This document shows, in pieces, positions 12,701-23,339 of a stretch of 64,000 nucleotides of DNA. Location of the stretch: NCBI GenBank assembly GCA_013265495.1, contig MU058423.1:8665627-8729626 (forward strand). The letters are read 5' to 3'. The notes beneath the pieces are model-generated. The model was not told the origin of the DNA. It did not search any database and saw only the letters and a list, made by a program, of their open reading frames with translations. Made by a program: the position numbers and the translations under genes. Each line of letters begins with the position of its first letter. The stretch's first letter is position 1. The stretch is from Vicugna vicugna. Lineage: Eukaryota.

Positions 12701-15700
12701 AGCACATAAGGTTCTCTTCTTTCACCACAGTCCAGTATATGGTCTATTTTTCTGATCTCCTTTTGGCTAACATCTGTGCTGAGAATAAATTACTCCTTTC
12801 CACCTTGGGACCATCAGGAAACCACATCTTTTAAGAACAAACCCACAAGTCATTGATCGGTTCATTCAACAGAAAGAATGAGGATAAAAATTTGTCAAGA
12901 CCAAGACTGGCATCTTTTCATAACAAGAATTCAATCTCCACCCAGGTGTAGTTAATCAAATCCATGTAATGGTGCACAGCAGCTCAAAATTTTAAGAGGA
13001 TCCGGCGTGTCAAGCATTGTGTAAACCACTTTACATCCATTATCTTGCTTAACCTTCTCAACTTCATGAACTGGTACCACTAATTCTTCTCCTCCGCTTT
13101 CACTTTCTCCTTGTGCTTCTCTGCTTTTCCTCCTCCATCCCTTTCTCCTCCCCTTCCTCCTCTTTCTTCTTGAGGAAATTTAGGCTCAGAAATGCTAAAT
13201 AACTTTACCAGGCTTGCAAGGAGCGAAATGAGAACTTGAAGCCAGGTGGGTCTGATTCAAAATCCCAGCTCTTCCATGGCTGGAACAATTAAATCAGATC
13301 ATCCTCATGGGGCGATAAAACAAAATCTCAGAGAAGTACTGGAAAATGCTATAAAAATACGTCTTCTGATTAGAAGAAATACCCATAATGGACCAGCACT
13401 TAGAGCTTCTGCATCAACAGTATAAAGTTACACCATTGAAAGTTGCACAGAATCACACTCATAGCAAGTCAAAATCTCAACTTTAAAGTGATATGCAAGC
13501 CACCTCTTAAATTTGTTTGACACATTATAAAAGTACTTTGCAGTTAATTTGAGATGCCAGGGCAAACTCCTAAGTCTCAAACATCCAGGAAAGCTCTTTG
13601 GCTGCCAGTGCCATCCGTGCTGGGCACCCAGGCTGCTTTGGGATGGCTGCTGTCAGGTGAGAAAGGGAATTCCGATTCTTGACTCTGTTCCCCTGACGCA
13701 ACTGGGAGCGTTTGGGCAACTCTGAAAGTGACAGATGAGACTCCACAGAAAAATCACCAAAAATTGCCCTTGTAAATAGCAGGCTGGTGAGAGAAGAAAG
13801 CTCAGTATGTAAATAATCCAAACACATTACATTTTGCAGGGTTGTCATCTGTGCCAAAAGGTTTTTTTTTTCTCTCAGTTTGGTTTGTCTAATTGGGACA
13901 TTATAGCGTCTTACAAAGAATGCTTTCCTCAAATTTCCTTATAAACTAATGTGCTCTCAGATTTTGAAAGAGAAAGATGATTCAGAACTATAACCAGAGT
14001 TTTTGAATTCCTTAAACGTTAGGGTGAGAATGGAGAACTTTAAAGACAGATCAACTTCCTGCCCATGGATGGGTCTCAGAGCATTCTTTACAGGGGTGTC
14101 ATCTCTGCCATGTGGACCTGTGGCTCCTGCGGGAGCATCTCTGAGCTGACTGAAAGCCCCACTGAACATTCAGTCCTCTCTCTAGTACTGATGGTTCTAG
14201 TACTGAACGTCCTGTGATGCAAATCGCGAAACCACACTGCCTGCCCCCACGGCACACCTTCTTTTCACATTGAAATGCAACACAGCTTATCGTGGGGTAG
14301 AGCTGCTCCAGAACGGACGGACGAGTAGCTTCACATGCTTTGATTAGTGTCATGTTCTTCCTGGTTTCTTACAAACGCTACCCTGACATCCAACCGGTTC
14401 ATCTACTGATAGTGAGTTTGAATTTTATCTTTTTGGCTATATCCAAGCTTAAACTCCGTGTTTTCATATTTTCAGACTTTGTTTTGCCCACGTGTACAAC
14501 TTACTCATTCAGTATCTACTAAACACCTATTAATGGCAGGCAACCAAATATTAAATCATGCGCACACACATAGTCCCTTACACCCCGTAAGTCCCTATGT
14601 TTAAAAAACTTACAGTTTAATTAATGGAAAGACACACTTAAATAGGTATCTTATTTTGGTTCTTAATAAAGAACACTTAATTTATCTATTACTTATATAT
14701 CTCTCCCTCTTAGATTGGAAATTCCTCCAGGACAATCACCATAACTTTTTATGTCTGGACTTCCAACACCAATCACAATTCTTGGATTCTTGGACAAAGG
14801 CTCTTAATTAATACATGGTAAACTGAGCAAAAGTGCCTACACATTCATAAGAAGTGCTAAATGTACTGAAGGAATCAGCAACCAGCTTTGCCTGACACAC
14901 TCTGCAATGGGGAGGCTGGTGTCAGCCTGATCTTGAAGGATGGCTGAGCCTTTGCCAGGTGAAGGAAGGAAAAGGACATGCCAAGCAGAAGGAACAGCAT
15001 AAACAGAGGCACAGGGACAGCAACCAAGCTGCAAAGGTAGTTTCTGACTAGACTGTGAGGAGTTTCATGCAACTATATTAAGAAATGTGAATTTTAATTT
15101 ATGTACAGTTAGTGTTTGGCTGAAGTCATATAAAATGTGCACCGTTTTGTTTAAGGTAGGTAACTCTGGTAGCAGTGCATAGGATTATGTTGGGGACAGA
15201 ATGATAGCAGAGTGACCATTTAAAGACAATTAGCTATAGTTGAAAAATCATGGAGTTTTGGATTTAAATGGGCCTATGTTAGTTACAATCACAGCAAATA
15301 CCACTAATGGGCCGTGTGACTCTTGGCAGACTGAGCCATGCTGAGCCTGAATTTTTTTTCACCTCACAAGGTTGTGAGAAAGACTAAAGAGAAAACATTT
15401 ATAAAGTGGAAAGTAGAATTCCTGGCAAATATTAGATGCACAAATAGTAGAGGCCATTATTCATCTCTATGAGACACTATTACCTCATCTGTAAAACGGA
15501 TATAAAATACTTACTCTTTGGCTATTTCTTGAAGATTACAGGTAACATATGTAAAGTGTCTGGAATAGAGCTGGTGTTCAATAAATGATGATATTTAAGG
15601 CATCTTTCAAGAGTCCAAATGAGAGATGATAAACCAAGGCAATGGCAAGAGGGTTGAAGAAAAGAGTTCAGACCCTAGGGATCATTTTGAGGTAGAACTG

Positions 15701-18700
15701 ACAGGCTTTGGTGATATGGAATAGGAACATGGATTTCAGAATAAACAGCATATAACACAGTTCACATCTCAGGGAGTCCAGAGAGAGCTGAGAGGAGGAC
15801 CAGACATGGTGACCCAAGAATACTAATATTCAAGGGGTAGAAGGAAGAGAGAAAGCCAAGGCATGAGGCAGTGAAAGAATGATGAGAAAGGGAAAAGAAT
15901 TAGAAAAGCAGAGCCATGAAAGCTCTGGTACCAAAGATTTCCAAGAAATATGAGTGAGATGAATGCATAATTGTGCTAAAGTACATGACAATCACATGGA
16001 TCATCAATAAAACTTAACGAAGTAATTTTGACATTGAAGCTATTTCACAATTGATCAAATCTGAATGATGGCACCTTTACTGTGCCTTTTTCACATTCCA
16101 CTTACTTTGAACAATTAATGTCACCTCTTCTCTGTCTTGCCCAACCTTATTAACTCCTTCACACACATAAGTTCCAGAATCTTCCATCCTCATAGCAATT
16201 AAAGTGAGCGTTGCATTCTCAGAAAGGAGCTGTAGATCCCCATTGTCTAATTTCTTTCTCCAGAAAATCTGTGGCGCTGGTAGACCTCTACTGGAGCACG
16301 TCATCGTCACGGAATCACCTTCTTGCAGCCTTGTGGAGGGACTCACAGATATAACCGTGTCCTTGGGCGAGACTGAGGAGGCAGGGCACAGTGTTAGTAA
16401 CCGTGAAGCATCATCTTGATCCAACAGGGCTGTCGGCATTTCTCTCACAGACTGTATTTACATGCCTTCACAAACTTGACAGACTTAACTCTGCCAAACT
16501 GTATAGAGAATTGCTGAGTCATAAAAATTAGTCAATCTAGAGTCTGAGTAATTTGATTGAATTCGTTTTTTTTATGTTTGGTGTTTTCGGATGACCATAG
16601 ATACCCAGAAATTTAAAAAGACCCTTAGGGTAATGTGGTTTGATCCTCCAGATAAGGTTCCATCTTAGCATCTTAGCCAAGTGTTCTTGCAAGTCAGTTT
16701 CAACACTTAATGGTGCGAGGCAATACCCCACCTTACAGTAAACACAGCACATTTGATTTTTGGACAGCTCTAATAATTAGAACATTTTCCCCCCTTTTGA
16801 GCTGAAATCTCCCTCTTTGTAACTAACTTTTACACAGTGGTCAGGGGTCAGTCCTCTACTGCTAAAGAATATATCAAATCCTCCTTCCACCTGACTGTCT
16901 TTCAAATACCTAATTATAGCTCTCGTTTCCAAGTTTTCTATTCTCCAGGAAAAATACCTCCTATCTTGAGTATTTGTCTCAAAATATTGATAAAAGCCTT
17001 TCCATCTCATTCTCTTTCAGCTAAACATGCAATAGAAGGCAATACTCCTTTTAAGTATGGTGTCTAGAGCAGGCCATAGCATTTTAGTCTAGAACAGAGC
17101 ACAGAGTCCATACTAACACAATTTTGGGGCTACAAGATTGCCTCAAATCCCTCAGTAGTCTTGGGGCACATGGAGACAGTCTAACCTCATACCTCTCTCC
17201 CACTCCACGCACATGTGTACAAGTGAGCATACACACACACACACACACACATACACACACACAGAGTAAGTGCTCATCTTGTAAAATCTCTGTACCTTGA
17301 TATTTCAAGGCGTATTATAAGAGTTTACCAAATGTGCTTAAAATGTTGTATCACTTGAGCCCACTTCCTACTACCCAGCCAGGTGGTGTTATTATCCCCC
17401 TTTGATAGACTGAGAAATTAAGTGACCCAAGTTCACACAGTTAATGGAGCCAGAACTCAAGTTCAGGTCTTCTCAACCCCAATTCAGTTCTTGTCTTCTT
17501 AAATAATGTTGTTGACAAATATGTTCTCAATGAATAATAATAGTGTAAGAACTACAAACAAGTTTCTTCTTGACTTTAGCTGCTCAGTTTATTGCTGTAT
17601 GCATCCGAGGCCAGATGCCTATAGCCATCACATACATACTTACCGTAGATGTGCAGTTGTTCCGTAGTCTCCCTTACTTGAGGCTCAGAATCAATTTCAT
17701 AAACGTTTAATGTAGCTCGACAAACAAGAGCTGTCCCGTTATCCTCGTCAGCAGGAGTAAAGGTTGCTTCCAAATTCTTCGTTTCCTGGGACTTTATATC
17801 CGCAGGGTCCAGAAATTCCTTCTGACTCAGGAACTGGTTGCCCTTCAGTAATTCTATCTTCAGCTTATCAGACGGGTAAACATCAGGGACAAAACACGTG
17901 ACAGTGATCGGCTTCCCAAGCTCTGGATGGCCACTGAAACGAATCTCTGGGTCCTTAGGGAAAGCTGCAAAGTTCAAATGAATACACATGAGTGGCCTTT
18001 TTGTTTATGCTGTATAAGATCCCTTACTGACTTAACGTACTATAAACGAAGACTAATATTTTTGTGAATATAGTATTAATACAGCAGAATTAATTGTTTA
18101 AATAGCCTTTCATGGTTCCGGGTGAGTTCAAGAATGAGAATCACCTTTGAGAGAGTTCTTCAGTTCGGATCCAGCACGTACTAAGGGTTACATATTATTG
18201 GAGTAAAAGAAAGGAGAAGATATTCATGTTTATTAAATACTTATATGTGCCAATCACTGTGCTATTCATTTTAACATAAATGACTTTATTTTATTCGCAC
18301 AGTAACTCTAAGAAATAGAGACCACATTTCACAGATATGAAAACATAGACTTAGCACATTGGCGTAACTTTCCTAAGGTCACACAGATGGTAAAGGTAAA
18401 GCTGGGATTTAAACTCGGGATGTCTCTTATTCTGTACGGCTACTGCAGGTGTGTATTATATCATATCACATCCTCTTATTTTAGTCAGGGCAGGTATATT
18501 TCTTTTTACGGATAAGGAACCTGAGGCTTAGAATGTCATTGCAAAGAATAGTCATTGGGCAAGATACACAAAGAAATGAAAAGAGCAACTTTAAATAACT
18601 GGCTTCTGAAAATGGTGCCTCTGACAGGAATTCATCCACCAGAAAGGTATGCCTGTGCAAGCTGTAAATTCTGGAAGGCAGATTTGCCTCCAGAAATGCC

Positions 18701-21110
18701 TAACTCAATGTCCTAACCAATCCTCTGCTTGAACTTTTTAGTGACAAGGGAACACGCTAGTTCAGAAGAACCATTGCCTCCTTTTCAAGGCTACTTTTCA
18801 TTGCAAAACATCACAATGGTAATACACTGGCTTGATTCAAATCTGTGAAATAAGCAGAATACAAAGGTCCTAACTCTAAAGAATATTACAATCAAATGTG
18901 GGATGGAGACAGGACTGTTAAACATAATGAGAGACAGACATTCTTGAAAAAAAAAATCTCAGGCAAGATAATTTAAGCCAGAAGCGGCTTCATTTCTCTC
19001 TTTTTGAAATCTTCAACTATTTGGTACTTGTGAAGAAAGACAAAGGAACTGAAAAGGCTTTGCTATGTGAAGAAACAGTACTTTTCATTTTTCCACCAAT
19101 AAGTCTGTCATATTCTGTAAGAAATGTGCCTGTAATCCACATAGTTTGCTGTCAGGTAATATGAGAACTCCCTACGTCTCCCTGTATTTACGTAAGGGGG
19201 CCTTTCAAGGAGCTCAGAGGGCTGCACAGACATAAACTATGCATGTACAACCAACATAACTGAAAGCAGCCGGCCAGGCAGGTTCTCGGGACGCATTAGC
19301 AGCATATGGACTTGCTGAAGAATCAGTTAAAGTTACTGGACAAAGCTGGGTCCCACTACAGCAGAAGAAAACCAACACAAATATAAGACAATCAAACGAG
19401 GTCTTCACAAAGAAATAAAGGATTCCAGTTTTTTTTTGAAAGATCAGTCACCAGTAACCGGAAGGCAAGTGATCTGTTTTAGGTCATTTTTCCACTCCTG
19501 TTGCTAACTTCATTTGCTGGATTGAGAATGGAATGGGATACATTTTGGCTGGCTGGTAAAGAGATATTCATTCCCCATTCACAAGGCAAATCTAATTCAT
19601 CTAATTCAAATATCCTTCAGGTGGTGTGATTGAGCATTAAGACTTAATGGGACCAAACAAAAACAAAAACAAAACCTAAATTTATCTCTGCCGAAGTCAA
19701 ATGAGTGAAATTTTTGCAGCTATTTTTCTTCTGCCTAAGGGGAAAATTTCATACAGAAGCCCGTTGTTAAATGATAGAACTCCTGCTTAATCTTTAAACT
19801 AATTTTAAGCACCAAATTGCATAAAAATAAATATATGGAAAATCCCTGAAGGATGGAATTCATAAATCATTTAGGCACAAGGACAAGTAAATATAAGGCT
19901 ACAATCAAACAGATGTATTTTTTTAAAAATAAAGTGAAAAAAAAAATCTTAGAGATCTTTCCTTTATGACTAAGAAAACAAAAGCCCAGAGAAGCTGAGT
20001 CTTACCCATGGTCACCATGTTTGTGGTAGAGCTGGGACAGAAGCCAGGATTTGGACTTCTGTCTAGTGCCAGATTCAGCTGTCTCTAGCTTTCTTGGTGC
20101 ACTTGTTCTCTAGCCAAAAATCTGGACATGAATATTCTTTGTAAGTTTTCTTTTAAAACTATCCTTTAAAAAAAACTTATTTTAAAGCAAAATAGAGAGA
20201 AAATCAAATATTCTCTAAAGTACTCACAATAGATCTCCACTGAGAATTCTCTTCGACGTTTCTTCGACTCACAAGTCACGAAGCACAAATAAGAGTAGTC
20301 ATTCTCCAAATTAACAGGATTCGTGACCAGCGTGGATTTGTTCCCTTCATTTATCACCTTCCCATTCAGTGGCCTGTCCATGAGAGCTGCCCACGAGAAA
20401 GCTGGGGACTCACAGTGTGTTGTGCTGCAAGTCATTGAAACGGAGTCACCAAGCTGAGCAATAATTTTGGAGGCAGGGGACGTCTCAATTTTAAAAGCTT
20501 GAGCTGTGAAGGCAAAAAGAGAAAAACAAACTTAACCACTGTTTGTTCAGTATTCCTCTCCCTCTTCTCTGTTCTAATATAACACTCAGAATACCATCCG
20601 GCTGGTCTCTTTCCTAAACTGCTTCAAACCAACGCAGGGCAGCATTGGAGTCACTGCCAAAAGGTGTTGAACTCATCTTCACGTAGGAGAACTCTCACTT
20701 CTGACCGTGATGCCCATTAATCCGAGTTGTTTTGTGACTAGCTAAGTTTGAGCTCATATCAACTACTAGAAACTACAGAGATAGAACTTACTAGAGACAG
20801 AATCCAATTACTCATCTGACATTGGAAAAAAGGTACCCAGAAAACATCAGCTTGCAGCTCCAGCTGTGACAGGACAGGGGTGTATAGCAATGTTCAACAG
20901 CACATTAAAAGTTAGGTTCCACTAAGTTTTCCCACCGTTTAAAAACCCTAGTGCCTTTCTTCACTACCAGAGCAAAACTGACTAAAGCCAAAATCAGGGT
21001 AAAATAGAATGCTAGCATTTGGAACAGATCAAGGAGCAGAACTTACAAGCTGTAAACACCATCCAAAGTATACTTGAGGCTGCAAAGTTCACGACCATCT
21101 TCCTAGGCAT
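3627..21110 (-). CDS. VCAM1: Vascular cell adhesion molecule 1 family gene (VCAM1 or divergent VCAM1-like paralog), 7-Ig form, 733 aa; join(complement 21047-21110, 20228-20503, 17644-17964, 16106-16372, 12396-12674, 10163-10483, 8837-9103, 7141-7407, 3627-3766)
   Basis: Manually spliced with canonical GT-AG phase-1 junctions. Exon sizes 64/276/321/267/279/321/267/267/140 sum to 2202 nt in one open frame. VCAM1 signature peptides [47 protein letters not shown]. Orthologue versus paralogue is unresolved. Confidence 0.95.
5847..6103 (-). pseudogene. Degenerate eighth Ig-domain exon (pseudoexon) in intron 8
   Basis: Phase-1 acceptor ttttctgtcttcatag; [13 protein letters not shown] and AVIILKK...DTGGYV resemble D7. 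[11 protein letters not shown] and [11 protein letters not shown] lie in shifted frames. 257 nt versus 267 nt for sister exons. Confidence 0.8.
6123..6243 (+). mobile_element. Short L1 3'-end insertion with inverted ORF2 piece
   Basis: cagaaattgacacattgtaaccgactat plus A-rich tail resembles the 3' end of the L1 at 52243-53021; 6130-6148 reverse-complements to L1 ACCACAATGAGGTATCACC. Confidence 0.65.
7141..7407 (-). CDS. VCAM1: VCAM1 exon 8, Ig domain 7 ([30 protein letters not shown]...[14 protein letters not shown]...LNVK)
   Basis: Translated by hand (absent from ORF track); acceptor ctacag, donor gttagt, 267 nt, open frame. Confidence 0.94.
8837..9103 (-). CDS. VCAM1: VCAM1 exon 7, Ig domain 6 ([14 protein letters not shown]...[14 protein letters not shown]...LIIQ)
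   Basis: Acceptor ttttcag, donor gtgagc, 267 nt; internal homologue of D3. Confidence 0.95.
9440..9860 (+). mobile_element. MaLR LTR (MLT1-like) in intron 6
   Basis: ttccaagcccaggccctaagagg and aaataaatggttgttttaagc...ggtggtttgtt motifs typical of MLT1. Confidence 0.65.
9962..10120 (+). mobile_element. tRNA-derived SINE (camelid Vic-1-like) with 13-bp TSD AAAATCCATATTA (9949-9961 and 10121-10133)
   Basis: A box tagctcaagtggtaga, B box ggttcaatccc, A-rich/(GAATT)n tail, perfect TSD. Confidence 0.88.
10163..10483 (-). CDS. VCAM1: VCAM1 exon 6, Ig domain 5 ([11 protein letters not shown]...[12 protein letters not shown]...LYVN)
   Basis: Acceptor tttgcag, donor gtaagt, 321 nt; internal homologue of D2. 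Confidence 0.95.
12396..12674 (-). CDS. VCAM1: VCAM1 exon 5, Ig domain 4 with intact integrin motif WRTQLDSPL
   Basis: Acceptor tttccccccag, donor gtaagt, 279 nt; internal homologue of D1. Confidence 0.95.
14490..15960. mobile_element. L2 and MIR fragments in intron 4
   Basis: ctcattcagtatctactaaacacctat, ctgtaaaacggatataaaatactt, gaggtagaactgacagg; boundaries approximate. Confidence 0.55.
16106..16372 (-). CDS. VCAM1: VCAM1 exon 4, Ig domain 3 ([13 protein letters not shown]...[11 protein letters not shown]...LIVQ)
   Basis: Acceptor ctcctcag, donor gtaagt, 267 nt; D-x-G-x-Y-x-C motif. Confidence 0.95.
17231..17262. repeat. (CA)n microsatellite in intron 3
   Basis: Directly visible. Confidence 0.95.
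17644..17964 (-). CDS. VCAM1: VCAM1 exon 3, Ig domain 2 ([23 protein letters not shown]...QLHIY)
   Basis: Acceptor ttgcag, donor gtaagt, 321 nt; contained in ORF 17576-17989. Confidence 0.95.
18230..18540. mobile_element. MIR SINE fragments in intron 2
   Basis: catttcacagatatgaaaaca...taactttcctaaggtcacacag...gctgggatttaaactc MIR core. Confidence 0.7.
20228..20503 (-). CDS. VCAM1: VCAM1 exon 2, Ig domain 1 ([48 protein letters not shown]...FSVEIY)
   Basis: Acceptor ttcacag, donor gtgagt, 276 nt; four Cys typical of the VCAM/ICAM D1 fold. Confidence 0.95.
21047..21110 (-). CDS. VCAM1: VCAM1 exon 1 coding part, signal peptide [21 protein letters not shown]
   Basis: ATG at 21110-21108, 64 nt, donor GTAAGT at 21046-21041; lies just downstream of the TATA box. 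Confidence 0.93.
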
Positions 21111-21225
21111 TTTAAGTCGCTGTTGTGATGAGGAAATAACGGTCCCCAAACCCTTCTTTCTGTCCCCCTGAAAGTGGCTGGGAAGAGTCTTGAGCTCCTG
21201 GAGCCAGGGAGGTTCAGTGAGGAAT

Positions 21226-21235
21226 GAAATAGAAA
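21226..21235 (+). promoter_or_regulatory. IRF-1 element (GAAATAGAAA) 3' of the TATA box
   Basis: GAAANNGAAA motif at the position known for the VCAM1 IRF-1 site. Confidence 0.8.
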
Positions 21236-21243
21236 GTCTGCTC

Positions 21244-21251
21244 TTTATAAA
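21244..21251 (-). promoter_or_regulatory. TATA box (TTTATAAA) of the VCAM1 promoter; TSS expected near 21220
   Basis: About 135 nt upstream of the ATG, between the IRF element and kB sites as in the known VCAM1 promoter. Confidence 0.85.
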
Positions 21252-21284
21252 GGGTCTTGTTGCAGAGGCTCAGAGGCGGAGGGA

Positions 21285-21309
21285 GGGAAATCCCTTCAAG
21301 GGGAAACTC
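21285..21309 (-). promoter_or_regulatory. Tandem NF-kB sites: proximal GGGATTTCCC (21285-21294, consensus) and distal GAGTTTCCCC (21300-21309, variant)
   Basis: Minus strand reads GAGTTTCCCCTTGAAGGGATTTCCC, the VCAM1 tandem kB module. Confidence 0.88.
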
Positions 21310-21942
21310 GGAACAGAGCCAGAAAAAAAGTTTAGCTGACACCCAGCCAAGTCCAATATTAACCCCTTCCGTTGCTCTCAGTGCTGAAACTCTTCTCTCT
21401 GCCCCTAGAAAAATAAAGCACTTCCAAGGCTATAAAATTAAAACTTTTCCTGATTTTCACTCCAAAAGGATGTTTTTGCAAGGAAGATCTAAAGTTATGC
21501 TTGTCACAGAACGAGGCTTTCTGACTCCAGTAGGGGAAGAGAGAGACAGAGGGAGGGAGGGAGGGAGAAACAGTAAATTACTCTAGTTTTTGAGGTGTCT
21601 AAACAAGCACTATGCCATGTGAACCAATTATTCTCCGTGATGAAGATACATTAGCAATTCTAAAATAGAGACTAAATTTTCTCTTGCAAGAAAAAGGAAA
21701 AGAGCTTTTCTTTTGATGAGATTTTTTTTAAAGGGAGACAGCATAACTGCTAAGTTTAATACTTTTATTCACAAAAATAGTTCTTTTGACCACAAACAGC
21801 AACTTTCTGAAATGATATTCTTGAGTAGAAAGTGGAGGAATGCTACCAAAACAGGAGAAATAATTTTCCTCTTTTGTTTTAGAAAAGTTACCAACTCTTT
21901 GGGTTTAGTTAATAGAAAATTGGAAGTCTTTTGCAGATTTAA

Positions 21943-21950
21943 ATGCAAAT
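21943..21950 (+). promoter_or_regulatory. Octamer ATGCAAAT, about 720 bp upstream of the TSS
   Basis: Perfect octamer; octamer silencers are described upstream of human VCAM1. Variant ATGTAAAT at 22391-22398. Confidence 0.55.
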
Positions 21951-23339
21951 GAATGGAATTCATCTGAAGTAGTAAATCTCTTAGACTGTGAGACTTAACC
22001 ACAAACACAGTGAAAACATGAAAAATAATTTGTTTTTGTTATATGGGAGGTGATGACAATTTTATGCTTGTTTTCCCCTCCAGTGAGATAACTTTTTAAA
22101 GGGTATTTTAAAATGTCTGTTTTTGCCCTGCCCATACCCAAGTCTTTGCAAAACGCTTGCCCATCAAAAAGAAACCGGAAGAGCCACTTCCTTGTATTAT
22201 ACACATGCAGGTCTTCCTCCTCCACTGGACCATCAGTTCCTATCATGGTCCCAGACCAGTTCGTGTTCATCATTGTATCTCCCTCTGCCTTCCTAGTAGC
22301 TCATGCGTGGTTTTTATCCCCCCAAAAGTGCAATAACAAATGTCATAAATTGAAATCTGGGGGAGAAACTTCCAAAATGCTAACTATAATATGTAAATAC
22401 TGAGTGAGAAAAATACTGGATTCTACAAGAAAATCCCAAAGCTTACAGACTCACAGGCATGTGTGTAATAAAGAGCCCTGTGCTCCATGAGTGAAGAAGG
22501 CCAGTAGCTGAGGTTCAGAACTGATAACTGTTCCCACATGGCTGGAGAGGCTCCTGGACCTCTTCTTGGCTACTAATGAGGCTCCCACGGAGGGACAAGG
22601 AGAGAAAAAGAGCGGAAGAAGCTACCGTTGGGCTGTAATGGTGTATAACTGTGGCTTCACCTACCAAATAGCTGAGCATCAGAGTGTGGCTTCAGGCAAA
22701 ATTAGCCGGTGAACAGGCAATCCCGAGGTCCTTTACAATGCTCCTGCCATGGGAGAAGACTATCCGACCCATCTGTGTTCACTGCTTAACGCAGAGGAGA
22801 CCTAAAGGGGAGTACAGGGCTTGGCGCATCTCTCTGAGGTGTAAAGACAGAGGTGACCAATAGGATCCCAAATGAGGTCACTGAGAACAAGTCATAGCAC
22901 ATGACTTCCATTCTGAGCTTGGCTATGATTCCAAGCTTGGAACAATGGAAAAATATCTAATCTATTGGATTAGTTCATAGCGGTTTCGACAATATATTGG
23001 ATAAAGTCCCTCATGATACCTTTCAGTGGGATGCCATTTGCGGTCCCACCTGCTCCTCCCAGGCTGAACTGACCGCGCTCTCCTCTGTGACCTCTACATG
23101 AGAGCGTGCTGGCAGTGCAGCACCTGTCATGCTGTGTTTACCTGTTAACAGGTATCTCTTTCCTAACTTACAGACTCAGGTAACCACTTGAATCATTCCA
23201 TCATAGTTTTGCATCATAGCTTCCAGCCCAGAATAAGATATTCATTAAAATCTTCAGAATGAATGAGTGAGTAGAATTTCAAGTGTAAGGTCAAAAGATT
23301 GGGACTGACCTACCTGGACAGAGCGTAGCTGTGTTTTGT

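Noticed and set aside
12675..16105. Rodent-type GPI-anchor exon after D3
   Set aside because: No phase-1 exon with a hydrophobic C-terminal signal could be identified by eye.
8923..16419. + strand ORFs 8923-9147, 10267-10512 and 16204-16419, two of which resemble each other
   Set aside because: Antisense shadows of VCAM1 exons; the resemblance reflects the D3/D6 internal duplication.
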